64,000 nucleotides of DNA from assembly GCA_963812605.1 (NCBI GenBank), contig CAWEWF010000010.1:160001-224000 (forward strand). Direction: 5' to 3'. Source of the DNA: an uncultured Verrucomicrobiae bacterium. GTDB lineage: Bacteria; Verrucomicrobiota; Verrucomicrobiia; Palsa-1439. Below the pieces are notes generated by a model. The model searched no databases and was not told the DNA's origin. It saw only the letters and a list, made by a program, of their open reading frames with translations. The translations under genes and the position numbers were made by a program. Positions 23,598-36,687 of the stretch are shown one piece after another (the first letter of the stretch is position 1; each line of letters opens with the position of its first letter).

Positions 23598-23909
23598 CTA
23601 CAACGTCTTGAGCAGTTCTGTCAGTTCTTCACGAGGGCCGTCGTGGTGCTGCCCTATGGCGAGTTGCAGGGCGCGTTCCAGAATCGGTTTGGCTTCTGTC
23701 GAACGATCGAGGGCGATCAATGATTTGCCGAGTTGAATGTGCGCGACCATCCATTCGGGTTTCTTCCCGCAGAGCGCGCGCAGGTGTTCAATGGCAGCGA
23801 CGTAGTCGTTCGTATCGACATACGCCTGCGCGAGATTGAAACGCGAGAGATCATTATCGGGGAATTGCCGCCACAGTGCGAGGGCTTTGGCGATTCGGTC
23901 GTGACTCAT
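23598..23909 (-). CDS. Small TPR protein
   Basis: FPDNDLSRFNLAQAY, AHIQLGKSL. Confidence 0.7.
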   Translation of the reverse strand: MSHDRIAKALALWRQFPDNDLSRFNLAQAYVDTNDYVAAIEHLRALCGKKPEWMVAHIQLGKSLIALDRSTEAKPILERALQLAIGQHHDGPREELTELLKTL

Positions 23910-23938
23910 GGCGTTCTTCTACGCTAGGCTCTCGCGGC

Positions 23939-24631
23939 GTGGAAAGTAAATTCTACCGGGCCGATGAGCACCGCGCGGAAAAGGTGCACGATTTATTTGC
24001 CACGATCGCGCGGCGTTACGACCTGCTCAATGACATCATGAGCGCGGGACTGCACCGGCGGTGGAAACGCCGGTTGGTCGAGTTGGCGGGCGAGCCGCGC
24101 GAGGTGCTGGATCTCTGTTGCGGAACGGGCGACATCGCGCTGCGGTTTCGGGGGCGGGTGGTTGGAGTGGACTTTACCGGGGAGATGCTGCGCGTGGCGG
24201 CGACGCGCGAGAACTCCGAAGTCTCGTGGATTCAAGCGGACGCGTTGCGATTGCCATTCGCCGACAATTCATTCGACGCTGTCAGCGTGGGCTATGGCCT
24301 GCGAAACCTCGCGGACATCGAACAGGGGTTGCGCGAAGTCTTCCGCGTGCTGCGGCCGGGCGGAAAATTTGTGTCGCTTGATTTTGGGAAGCCCGAATCG
24401 CCGACCTTCCGGGCCTTGTATTTCGGCTATTTGCGCGTTGTCTCGCCGATCCTGGGGCGGCTCTTCTGCGGCGATCCCGACACATACGGGTATATCCTGG
24501 CGTCGTTGCAGAGTTATCCGGCGCAACGCGGGATCAAGGGACTGATGGAGTCGCAAGGCTATCGCGAGTGCGGCATCGAGGAATTCTGGTTCGGGTCCAT
24601 GGCCATCAACTACGGCTCCAAGCCGCACTGA
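23939..24631 (+). CDS. ubiE: UbiE/MenG family methyltransferase
   Basis: FATIARRYDLLNDIMSAGLHRRWK, LDLCCGTGD, ADALRLPF, YGLRN, RVLRPGG; GTG start. Confidence 0.9.
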   Translation: MESKFYRADEHRAEKVHDLFATIARRYDLLNDIMSAGLHRRWKRRLVELAGEPREVLDLCCGTGDIALRFRGRVVGVDFTGEMLRVAATRENSEVSWIQADALRLPFADNSFDAVSVGYGLRNLADIEQGLREVFRVLRPGGKFVSLDFGKPESPTFRALYFGYLRVVSPILGRLFCGDPDTYGYILASLQSYPAQRGIKGLMESQGYRECGIEEFWFGSMAINYGSKPH

Positions 24632-24646
24632 TTCCTTCTTTGGAGA

Positions 24647-25885
24647 TCATAGGCCTTCCAGGACCTTCACCCCCGCCACCATTTTGCAGACGTGGACCGC
24701 GTACTTGTCGGCAAGTTGCGGGTAACGGCGCGGGTAACCGACATCCACCGCTTTTTTCAATGCTGCGACGCTTTCCGCGCGCGCCAGCGCACCAGCCGCG
24801 CCCTTGTCGCCGCCGCCGAGCATGCGTTCGCCGAGAACGCCGGGAACGGAGCGGGCGATATCGCACATCGTTTCCAGTTCCGGACCCGATATTTGGTAAT
24901 CATCGCGCAAACTGATCCCATCCCGGCGGAAGACCGCGCCCACGGCCTCGATATCTCCAGATTTCCAGGCCTCCAGCATTTGTGGGAAGCGCTGCTGGGC
25001 ATGGAAGATGTATTTGAGGCGGGCGCAAAGCTGTGGATGCGACCTTCCGTAACGGGCGACCACGCGGTGGTAGAGCGCCTGGTCCCGAATGTCGGCGAGG
25101 CAGGAGAAGCCGAATTCCTTTCCCGCGAGGGCCACAAGCTCCTCGCACTCAGCGCGGCGAATCTTGTAGGTGGATTTTTCGAGGCCGGGCCTCACGGTGC
25201 CGGTGTCGAGACCAACAATCCGAAAGTCGATGGCCTGTTTGCCCAGTGGCACGTAGCGAACGGCGCGGGTTTTTGGATCATAATGCGTCCCCATGCCCTC
25301 ACGGGCGAAGTAAATCATGATTTGATCGAGGTTGCCGCAGGGGGAGCCGATGTAATCGTTCTCGACGGCCTGGGCCATGTCGATGATCTTCATTTCGTCC
25401 GACACCGTGATGCGGTTCACTTCCAGGAATGTGAGAATCAAGTTCAGGCAGAGCGATGCCGAGCGCGACATCCCGCCGCCGGGGATGTTACTGTAGAGGA
25501 CGGCGTCGAATCCACGGACCGGTTGCAATCCGTCCCGCCGCAAAACATGGTCGACGCCATAGGGGAATCGCACCCACCTGTTCGCAGCGCCCAATGATCT
25601 TGGTGGCGGCACTTCACCGAGTTTGAAACCGACAAGGCCCTCGTCCGGGAAATTCGCGCTGCACAGGCGTACACGGTCGGTATGATTGGGCTGGTAAGCC
25701 AGCCAAAGAAACCGATCCGTGCCGACGCCGAAAAGTTCCGTGCCGTTGTAGTCGCCATGCTCGACTCCCAGGCAGAATCGGGATGAAGTGCGGCGAATTT
25801 TGCCCCCTTGAACCCGGAGTCCGGTCGCCGCAGCCAGACGCCCGAGAGTTTCCCGTGCTTGAGTGTCTGAGGTGGTGTCTTTCAT
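24647..25885 (-). CDS. Galactokinase-like GHMP kinase
   Basis: RFCLGVEHGDYNG, IPGGGMSRSA, CGNLDQ, ISGPELE, GERMLGGG. Confidence 0.8.
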   Translation of the reverse strand: MKDTTSDTQARETLGRLAAATGLRVQGGKIRRTSSRFCLGVEHGDYNGTELFGVGTDRFLWLAYQPNHTDRVRLCSANFPDEGLVGFKLGEVPPPRSLGAANRWVRFPYGVDHVLRRDGLQPVRGFDAVLYSNIPGGGMSRSASLCLNLILTFLEVNRITVSDEMKIIDMAQAVENDYIGSPCGNLDQIMIYFAREGMGTHYDPKTRAVRYVPLGKQAIDFRIVGLDTGTVRPGLEKSTYKIRRAECEELVALAGKEFGFSCLADIRDQALYHRVVARYGRSHPQLCARLKYIFHAQQRFPQMLEAWKSGDIEAVGAVFRRDGISLRDDYQISGPELETMCDIARSVPGVLGERMLGGGDKGAAGALARAESVAALKKAVDVGYPRRYPQLADKYAVHVCKMVAGVKVLEGL

Positions 25886-26790
25886 CGCGTGGCGAGAATC
25901 GTCGCGATAAGAATCTGCGTGACGCTTCGCAAGAAATCGTAGTCGAGTGTGTCCGGCGTGTCGGTGGATTGATGGTAGTGCGGGTTGCGAAACTCGGCAG
26001 TATCGGTCCAAAGGATTGCGGGAATGCCGGCCCTCCAGAAGGGCATGTGGTCGCTCCGTTGCAGGACCGGCAGAAGTTTTTCCACGCCGGCGTATACTTT
26101 CAAGCTCAGCACCGGAAAATCCGGCCAGTAGGTCTTGGCTGTTTGCAGAACGGTGTTTGCCATGGCGGTGGAATCCTTGTTTGCCAGGATCCCCAGGAAA
26201 TCACCGCGGTCTGGCACCTGGATCGGCAGGCCCGGCGGGATCGTCTGCGAGCCGGGACGATGATCACAGTAGCCGATCATCTCCAGGATATGCGCTTCGC
26301 GAACGGACATTTGCCCTTCCGCGGTAATGGTTCTCACAAAGTCGGCGCTACCCAACAGTCCGTCCTCTTCGCGGTTGAAGGAAACGAAACAAACCGGACT
26401 TTCTGAAGCATGTTCGGCCAACGCCTTGGCGCAGGCCAACAGTGCCGCGACCGCGCTCGCATTGTCGTCGGCGCCCGGGGTGCCCGGCACAGTGTCGTAG
26501 TGCGCGCCAACGAGGACACAGGCGGCGTCCGAAGAGTGCCGGGAGCGAGCGACAACATTGGCGTATTCACCCTGCAACTTTGTTTCGTAACCGTACGAAT
26601 GCAACTGGCGCGCAATCGAATGCGCTGTCAGTCGGTTGTTCTCCGATTGCAATTCGTAATGACGGGGAACCGCAAGAGTCTCGACAGTTGCGCAGAGAAA
26701 GGACGCCGAGACACCAGCCATTGCCGCCAGTATCCGGGTATCAGGCGTGGTGGGTTGCGCGTTGGCGGAATGTTGAAGATGCATGGTCAA
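25882..26790 (-). CDS. M28 family metallopeptidase
   Basis: VGAHYDT, PGADDNASAV, FNREEDGLLGS, RSDH, YHQSTDT. Confidence 0.9.
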   Translation of the reverse strand: MTMHLQHSANAQPTTPDTRILAAMAGVSASFLCATVETLAVPRHYELQSENNRLTAHSIARQLHSYGYETKLQGEYANVVARSRHSSDAACVLVGAHYDTVPGTPGADDNASAVAALLACAKALAEHASESPVCFVSFNREEDGLLGSADFVRTITAEGQMSVREAHILEMIGYCDHRPGSQTIPPGLPIQVPDRGDFLGILANKDSTAMANTVLQTAKTYWPDFPVLSLKVYAGVEKLLPVLQRSDHMPFWRAGIPAILWTDTAEFRNPHYHQSTDTPDTLDYDFLRSVTQILIATILATR

Positions 26791-26844
26791 CGCGAAATCA
26801 TAGGACAGAGCGGGGAACAGTCCAAGCGTTTCGTCGAAGAGGTT

Positions 26845-26957
26845 ATGCCTCTATTTCGAGTGACCACAACCCGCATAAATGTGAATAATTTAGAAAAAGC
26901 CCGTAAACATTGACGTTTCTGCGATGCGATACAAATCAGGATTCGAGGACGAAAATG
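26845..26957. repeat. Bipartite repeat, right half (A), copy 1
   Basis: acccgcataaatgtgaataa..agaaaaagcccg.aaacattgacg.ttctgcgatgcg..acaaatcaggattcgagg, shared with 27301-27380. Confidence 0.85.
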
Positions 26958-26996
26958 CTCTCGCATGGCTACATTGTAGCAAAACTGCTAAAGAGA

Positions 26997-27170
26997 TTAT
27001 TTTATAAAAAGGATTATTTCATGTAGATTGCTCAAATAATAGCTCTGTATTTTATAATCAGCATCATACTCAAAGGCAAAATACCAACCAGCAAACTCTG
27101 TGGGTATACTATCGCTTCCAGAGGGGATCGGCTTCCTAAAATGAATATTGTAAGGCAACTGTTCAACAGG
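26997..27170 (-). pseudogene. AT-rich 3' gene fragment without a start (PVEQLPYNIHFRKP...YYLSNLHEIILFIK*)
   Basis: Open minus frame of ~57 codons ending in TAA, bounded on the 5' side by an in-frame TAG next to the repeat. Confidence 0.4.
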
Positions 27171-27202
27171 CTAACCAAATTCTGCTCCCGATCCGCCAGC
27201 GA

Positions 27203-27390
27203 AGCAAGCCAAACGAGCCGACCGCCTGAATCTTCAAAAAGCCCAATAAAACCGCTATGCCGATGCGTACAAATGCTTACCTACATTTCCAGTGATCCGA
27301 ACCCGCATAAATGTGAATAACTCAAGAAAAAGCCCGCAAACATTGACGATTCTGCGATGCGCACAAATCAGGATTCGAGGAAAGGAAATG
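27203..27390. repeat. Complete bipartite repeat (B+A), copy 2
   Basis: The left half matches 27811-27897 and the right half matches 26869-26948. Confidence 0.85.
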
Positions 27391-27420
27391 GCTGGTTAGG
27401 TCACATCGTGCTCAATCTAA

Positions 27421-27714
27421 TCACCAATATGGGTCGAAAAATGGCATAGAAAAATACCACAATAAAAAAATGGCTACGAAATTCATGAGTGCGCAAGCGA
27501 AAGCCACCTCCAGTGCTTTGGCAATCGGCTTACGCAATGCCAAGAGCGAAGCTGTAAACGAACTGGTAAAAAACATGGCAATCCATGACCAAGGCGCACC
27601 CATGTCAATGACGTGCATCCAATATTCACTCATAAACCATCCCCAAAGCCAAATCCCATAAAAGACGATGAGGACTATCGCATTGTATGTCAGGAGACGT
27701 TTCATGTGGCTCAT
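27421..27714 (-). CDS. Small AT-rich three-TM membrane protein
   Basis: GAGGAAGCC-ATG start; hydrophobic, Trp/Phe-rich; lower GC than its neighbours. Confidence 0.6.
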   Translation of the reverse strand: MSHMKRLLTYNAIVLIVFYGIWLWGWFMSEYWMHVIDMGAPWSWIAMFFTSSFTASLLALRKPIAKALEVAFACALMNFVAIFLLWYFSMPFFDPYW

Positions 27715-27810
27715 GGCTTCCTCTTGGCAGCACCTATTATTCCATAATATAGCACGGTTTTGCTCCAACCTCTCTCTTCCTCTCTCAAACGCTCCTGCTC
27801 CGCCCGTTTC

Positions 27811-28005
27811 GCAAGCCAAACGAGCCGACCGCCTGAATCTTCAAAAACCCCTGCAAAACCGCTAATCGATGCGGACAAAGCTTGCCTACATTTCCAGGTT
27901 GGAAGGGCACGCCTCGCAGAGGCGTGGCTACACCGCTGGACAAATGCTTATCGACATTTCCAAGTTGGAGAGGCACGCCTCGCAGAGGCGTGGCTACACC
28001 GCTGG
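27811..28005. repeat. Repeat left half (B), copy 3, followed by a ~65-bp tandem duplication with a REP-like hairpin
   Basis: gcaagccaaacgagccgaccgcctgaatcttcaaaaa identical to copy 2; ggcacgcctcgcagaggcgtggctacaccgctgg occurs twice. Confidence 0.8.
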
Positions 28006-28096
28006 CGTCAACGATCCCGAACGGCCACGACCCTTCGACTTCGTTCAGGACAGGCTCCGCGTGGCCCTCCACATTTAAGATACTACTACCGCCGGC

Positions 28097-29210
28097 TTAC
28101 TGTATGACTTGTGCGCGGTAGAAACGCTTGGGTTGCGTCGTGGCGTTGGTGTCGATGACGGTGACGATGCCACCGGTACCGACGAAGATTGCTGCTAAGG
28201 GTCGTCCACACGCCGGTCACGAGGTCAGTGGCGCTCTGGACGAGATAAAGCCGATTCGAAGCGGTGCATAGGCCGATGTGGATATCCGCGCCTACCGGGG
28301 CGATATTGGTGATCCTCAGGTCAGGTCCAAGCTCGAAGTTGATAACGCTATTGATCCAGGCGGCGTGGGACGAAACACGTGAGCTATAAAAACCGGTGGG
28401 AATATCGGCAGATTGATTCGGGAAGAACTGCCAACCCCCTGCGCCGTTGGCGATATAAAGTCCGCTCACGTCCATGATGGCACCTTGGAATTGCGTGTTG
28501 GTTGTCCCATCGAGGCTGAATGGTCCATCCACCGCATAATGGATCCCCGCCAATTTCCACGTGGAACCGTCTTGGATAAACATCGCGCCACTGGAATCTC
28601 CGACGGAGAGGTCGCACTCATTGGTGATCCCGTTGCGATCAAAGTTGGGCTTTAGAAACTGGCCGAGCGATGCGTCCGTGTAAATCGTGGAGACGATGTT
28701 TTCCCCCCAGCGGACGACTCCATCTGGCGTTCCCCATTCCCAACCCTTGAGCCGAGGGGGGCTGCCTGCGGTGACAGAATTGCCCCGTTGGGTGCCCCGC
28801 CCGATGACGACGCAGAGTTTGTTCACTTCGTTCGAGTTCGTATAGAGCGGAGCGTACCGTGGAAAGGTGTTGGCCACCTGCCAGACGCGCAGGTCGGAAT
28901 TGGGACAATCCCAAAACGCAACCGTTTGGTAGAGGAACGGAACAGCATTCATTTGAAAGGGATCGCCGACGTTACCGCCGACATGCTGTGCCGCGAGGAA
29001 AAAAGTCGGGGCGATGGTGGTCCCCATGTAGCTTCCCTGCCAGATCCCTTCATACTGCCAGCCGCTATTGGTCAGCGCACCTGTCGGAGCCGTGGTGTTG
29101 AATGTCACGTTGCTGGTGGACTCCAAAATGACCGCTTCGCTTCGTGTCGCAAAGGATCCGAGTGCCAAAAGGCAGAACAACGCCCACGCCCTGCTAACCC
29201 ATGAGTTCAT
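28097..29210 (-). CDS. Secreted trypsin-like serine protease with a Verrucomicrobia-type C-terminal domain (frameshift near the C-terminus)
   Basis: Signal peptide; LAAQHVG (His), SDL (Asp), GDSSG (Ser); the corrected end reads VIDTNATTQPKRFYRAQVIQ*. Confidence 0.8.
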
Positions 29211-29560
29211 GCCGCGTTTAGGGTAACAAAAATCAGGTCAGATGACAAGTGCGACGGGCGAAGAACGCTGAAGTTATGTTGTTCTGGAACAGATTGCCGA
29301 GGAACACAGCCAGCGATTCGCGTATGTTGGCTGATAGCAACGGAGTACAGCTCCCGCCCTGCCCTCAAATCAGCCCCATTTCCCAAACGACAGCCCCTTA
29401 GTAACCCGTGAGGGCAGGGCGAAAGATTCTGTGTGAAGCAGACTCCCACGAAATTGTGACGAATCAAGCCAGCAACGGTTACGATTTGGTGAAGGGAAGG
29501 AGCGTGGTGTATCTTGACCTCCATGGGAGGGGGAACTACTATCAGGTCGCGAGCAGCGAT

Positions 29561-29650
29561 GGAGAGGTGGCAGAGTGGTCGATTGCGGCGGTCTTGAAAA
29601 CCGTTAGGCGCGCAAGCGTCTCGGGGGTTCGAATCCCTCCCTCTCCGCCA
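29561..29650 (+). tRNA. tRNA-Ser(TGA)
   Basis: GGAGAGG...CCTCTCCGCCA acceptor; anticodon loop CTTGAAA; long variable arm; GGTTCGAATCC. Confidence 0.96.
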
Positions 29651-29797
29651 GTCTTCGCTGGCAGCAGCTACGACTCGGCACGCCAGTCTTCGCTGGCAGC
29701 TTTGGTGACAGCGAAGACTGTCTCGCCGTAGCGCAAGCGTAGGCGGACAAAGAGAGGTTACCGTTGGCTGCCAGCTACGACTCGGCACGCCAGTCTT
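29646..29797. repeat. Nested direct/inverted repeats starting at the tRNA 3' end
   Basis: cgccagtcttcgctggcagc twice; cagctacgactcggcacgccagtctt twice; inverted agcgaagactg. Confidence 0.8.
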
Positions 29798-29799
29798 TG

Positions 29800-30063
29800 A
29801 TGGGAGAAGCTTTGGTCGGGCAATTCTATTACGTTTACATCCTTCAGAGCTGCAAGAATTCGAATCGCTTCTACACCGGGTTTACGGAGAACTTCAAGGA
29901 GCGACTTGCCGAGCACAACGCGGGGAAGTCACTTCACACGAAAGCACTTCGTCCCTGGCGCATCAAGACTTGCATTGCCTTTACTGATCGCAAATCGGCC
30001 CTGGACTTCGAGCGTTATCTCAAGACCGCATCGGGACGAGCATTCGCCAAAAAGCGTTTGTAG
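29800..30063 (+). CDS. Small GIY-YIG nuclease family protein
   Basis: YYVYILQS....RFYTGFT....RLAEHNAG....T...RPW, FERYLKT..GRAF. Confidence 0.9.
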   Translation: MGEALVGQFYYVYILQSCKNSNRFYTGFTENFKERLAEHNAGKSLHTKALRPWRIKTCIAFTDRKSALDFERYLKTASGRAFAKKRL

Positions 30064-30369
30064 AAGCACGTGAGTGCCAGCGATAATTGTCGGGGAGGTA
30101 GATCAACAAGTCGGTCTGTTCAGCGGGATTGAGGCAAAAGTGCATTCAGCTTCACCTACAGGGCAAGAGAGAGTCTTACCGTCAGCTTGCATTGCGTTAA
30201 ACACGCCCGCTGAGAGACAAAACGCTGACCGAAAAGGCGTGCCGGAACGACCTTGACAGGACGGGTAAGGGTTTGGTACAGAAGGCCCAGTATCCAAGGG
30301 TTGTATGCACAGGATCTGTGAGCCGTTTGTGATGAAATCTGGAGGAATGCAGTCGGATGCGTGAGTGGC

Positions 30370-30402
30370 ACCGTGCCTGCCCGATGGGGCGGCGCGGTTT
30401 TT
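30370..30402 (+). terminator. Intrinsic terminator-like hairpin in the csp leader
   Basis: accgtgcc-t-gccc-gatg-gggc-ggcgcggt-tttt. Confidence 0.55.
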
Positions 30403-30478
30403 AATTCTGGCCCCCAAAAACCTTTTTTCCCAAAGTGAATTTCCGAGCAAGCAACATCCCCGATGGAGGTAACAAGAC

Positions 30479-30679
30479 ATGGCACGCGGCACTGTGAAGT
30501 GGTTCAATGAAAAGAAGGGTTTCGGTTTCATTCAGCAGGAGGGTGGAGCGGACGTATTCGTCCACTTTTCGGCCATTCAGGGTGACGGATTCAAGACCCT
30601 GGCCGAGGGGCAAGCCGTGGAGTTCGAGATCATCGAGGACGCGAAGGGCGCCAAGGCCCAGAACGTCACCCGGGTCTAG
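30479..30679 (+). CDS. Cold-shock protein (CspA family)
   Basis: [24 protein letters not shown]; GGAGG SD. Confidence 0.96.
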   Translation: MARGTVKWFNEKKGFGFIQQEGGADVFVHFSAIQGDGFKTLAEGQAVEFEIIEDAKGAKAQNVTRV

Positions 30680-31360
30680 GCTGCTGGAGCGCCGCGGGAA
30701 TGCGGCCAGTTTTTTTGAGCCGGGGTGGGTGGGAGGGCAACGACTGTGCGCAAAACGCGGAAGCGCTGGCGTTTGCAGCGCGTTCGCGCATGGAAATGGC
30801 TTCACGTAGTGCTGCGATGCCCATAAAATCTTGCTCCGGGAGCAAATTGAAAATAGTTCTTGCATCCGCGCGGGGCGGTCTGTAGTTTGGCCGTCCTTTG
30901 ACAGGGAAACGGCCGCGGGATCGCGGTAAAAATTTTTGTTTGATGGGCTTGACAGGCATGGGGAGTGCGAGTACATAGAGGGTGCCTGCAAGGGGACGTT
31001 TCGGACGGTTCTTTAGGAGCGCGACAAACTCTAATCCCGAGAGCGGGTTTGCTGTCGCCTGAAAACAGAAGTGATCAGCGGTTAGACATGAGCGTTCAGC
31101 CCGACGGCTGAGAGTTCATTATCTGAAAGTTGATTACACGCGCCGCCAATGGCGTCGCGTCGCGTTCTTTGAAAATTGAAAGTGCGATACGTGAGAGCCC
31201 ACGTTTGTCTCGGCGCAAGTCGGGATGGACAAATTGAGTAGTAACAGACCAGTTGGTTAGCCCTAACTGGTCGCTCAACGTGGAATCGGTCGGATCAGCA
31301 ATGGCCCCGAAAGGGGGCATTGACGCTTCGGAGCAATTCGGGGCAGGTCTGGTTGATTTT

Positions 31361-32920
<1,560 letters not shown>

Positions 32921-33101
32921 CCTTGATCCGGGACTTCGGTCTCGGATCGGATCCTAGGTCGAATCCCGTCCTGCGCAAGCAGGGCTGGGACGCTTAAACG
33001 TATCGCACTTTTCAGTTTTCGAGGAGCCACTGTTCTTTACAAACGTGAAGTACTGGAGAAAATACCTTCTGGGGCAAAGCGATCCCAGGCCGAGCCCCAG
33101 C

Positions 33102-33177
33102 GGGGCCGTAGCTCAATTGGTAGAGCGCCTGCTTTGCAAGCAGGAGGTCACGAGTTCGACTCTCGTCGGCTCCACCA
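33102..33177 (+). tRNA. tRNA-Ala(TGC)
   Basis: GGGGCCG...CGGCTCCACCA; anticodon loop TTTGCAA. Confidence 0.96.
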
Positions 33178-33199
33178 GTTTCGGCGCCACGCGCCGCCT

Positions 33200-33276
33200 G
33201 GGCGCGTAGCTCAGCTGGTTAGAGCATGCGCTTGATAAGCGCAGGGTCATAGGTTCGAATCCTATCGCGCCCACCA
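33200..33276 (+). tRNA. tRNA-Ile(GAT)
   Basis: GGGCGCG...CGCGCCCACCA; anticodon loop TTGATAA. Confidence 0.96.
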
Positions 33277-33421
33277 GTTTTCGCGGTTCAATTTTCGCCC
33301 CGCTCGGCGGGGCGGATGTTCTTTGACAATTGCATACAGTGTAGTGGGTATAAAAAACTACATAATGCTGAGAATATTTGTTCTGGAACTCTTGTAGAAG
33401 AGAACCAGACGGATAGTTTGT

Positions 33422-36342
<2,921 letters not shown>

Positions 36343-36522
36343 TTAAATTTCCTTCGCAAGAAGGAGCGATTTAACAAATCAGCATTGTGTAGTCTTGCCC
36401 CCTTGCTGTATGCAATTATCAGAGAACCTGTTCTTTCACAAAGCTGTCAGTCGTCCGCCCGGTTCACCGGGCCAGCGTCCCGCTTTTCGAATGCGGAACG
36501 CCGACTCCTGACAGCTTGAGAT

Positions 36523-36640
36523 TTCCCGGTAGTTTTGCCGCAGTGGTCCCACCCGTTCCCATTCCGAACACGGCCGTGAAACGCTGCAGGGCCGATGGTA
36601 GTGCCTGTATAGCTTGCGCGAGAGTAGGTCGCTGCCGGGG
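36523..36640 (+). rRNA. rrf: 5S rRNA
   Basis: CCACCCGTTCCCATTCCGAACACGG, GCCGATGGTAGT, GAGAGTAGGTCGCTGCCGG. Confidence 0.95.
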
Positions 36641-36648
36641 TAATTTGG

Positions 36649-36687
36649 AAAAGCCCGCGTTGAAAAATCAGCGCGGGCTTTTCATTT
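36649..36687. terminator. Bidirectional terminator after the rRNA operon
   Basis: aaaagcccgcg...cgcgggctttt. Confidence 0.8.

Noticed and set aside
26845-28005. CRISPR array or canonical integron
   Set aside because: Repeats (~190 bp) and inserts (230-400 bp) are far outside CRISPR sizes, and no cas or intI gene is present. The attC-like core pair occurs around only one copy.
29561-29650. tRNA-Sec, or a prophage attachment site
   Set aside because: The anticodon is TGA (Ser), not TCA. Only 5 bp of the tRNA end is repeated and no integrase or phage genes follow.
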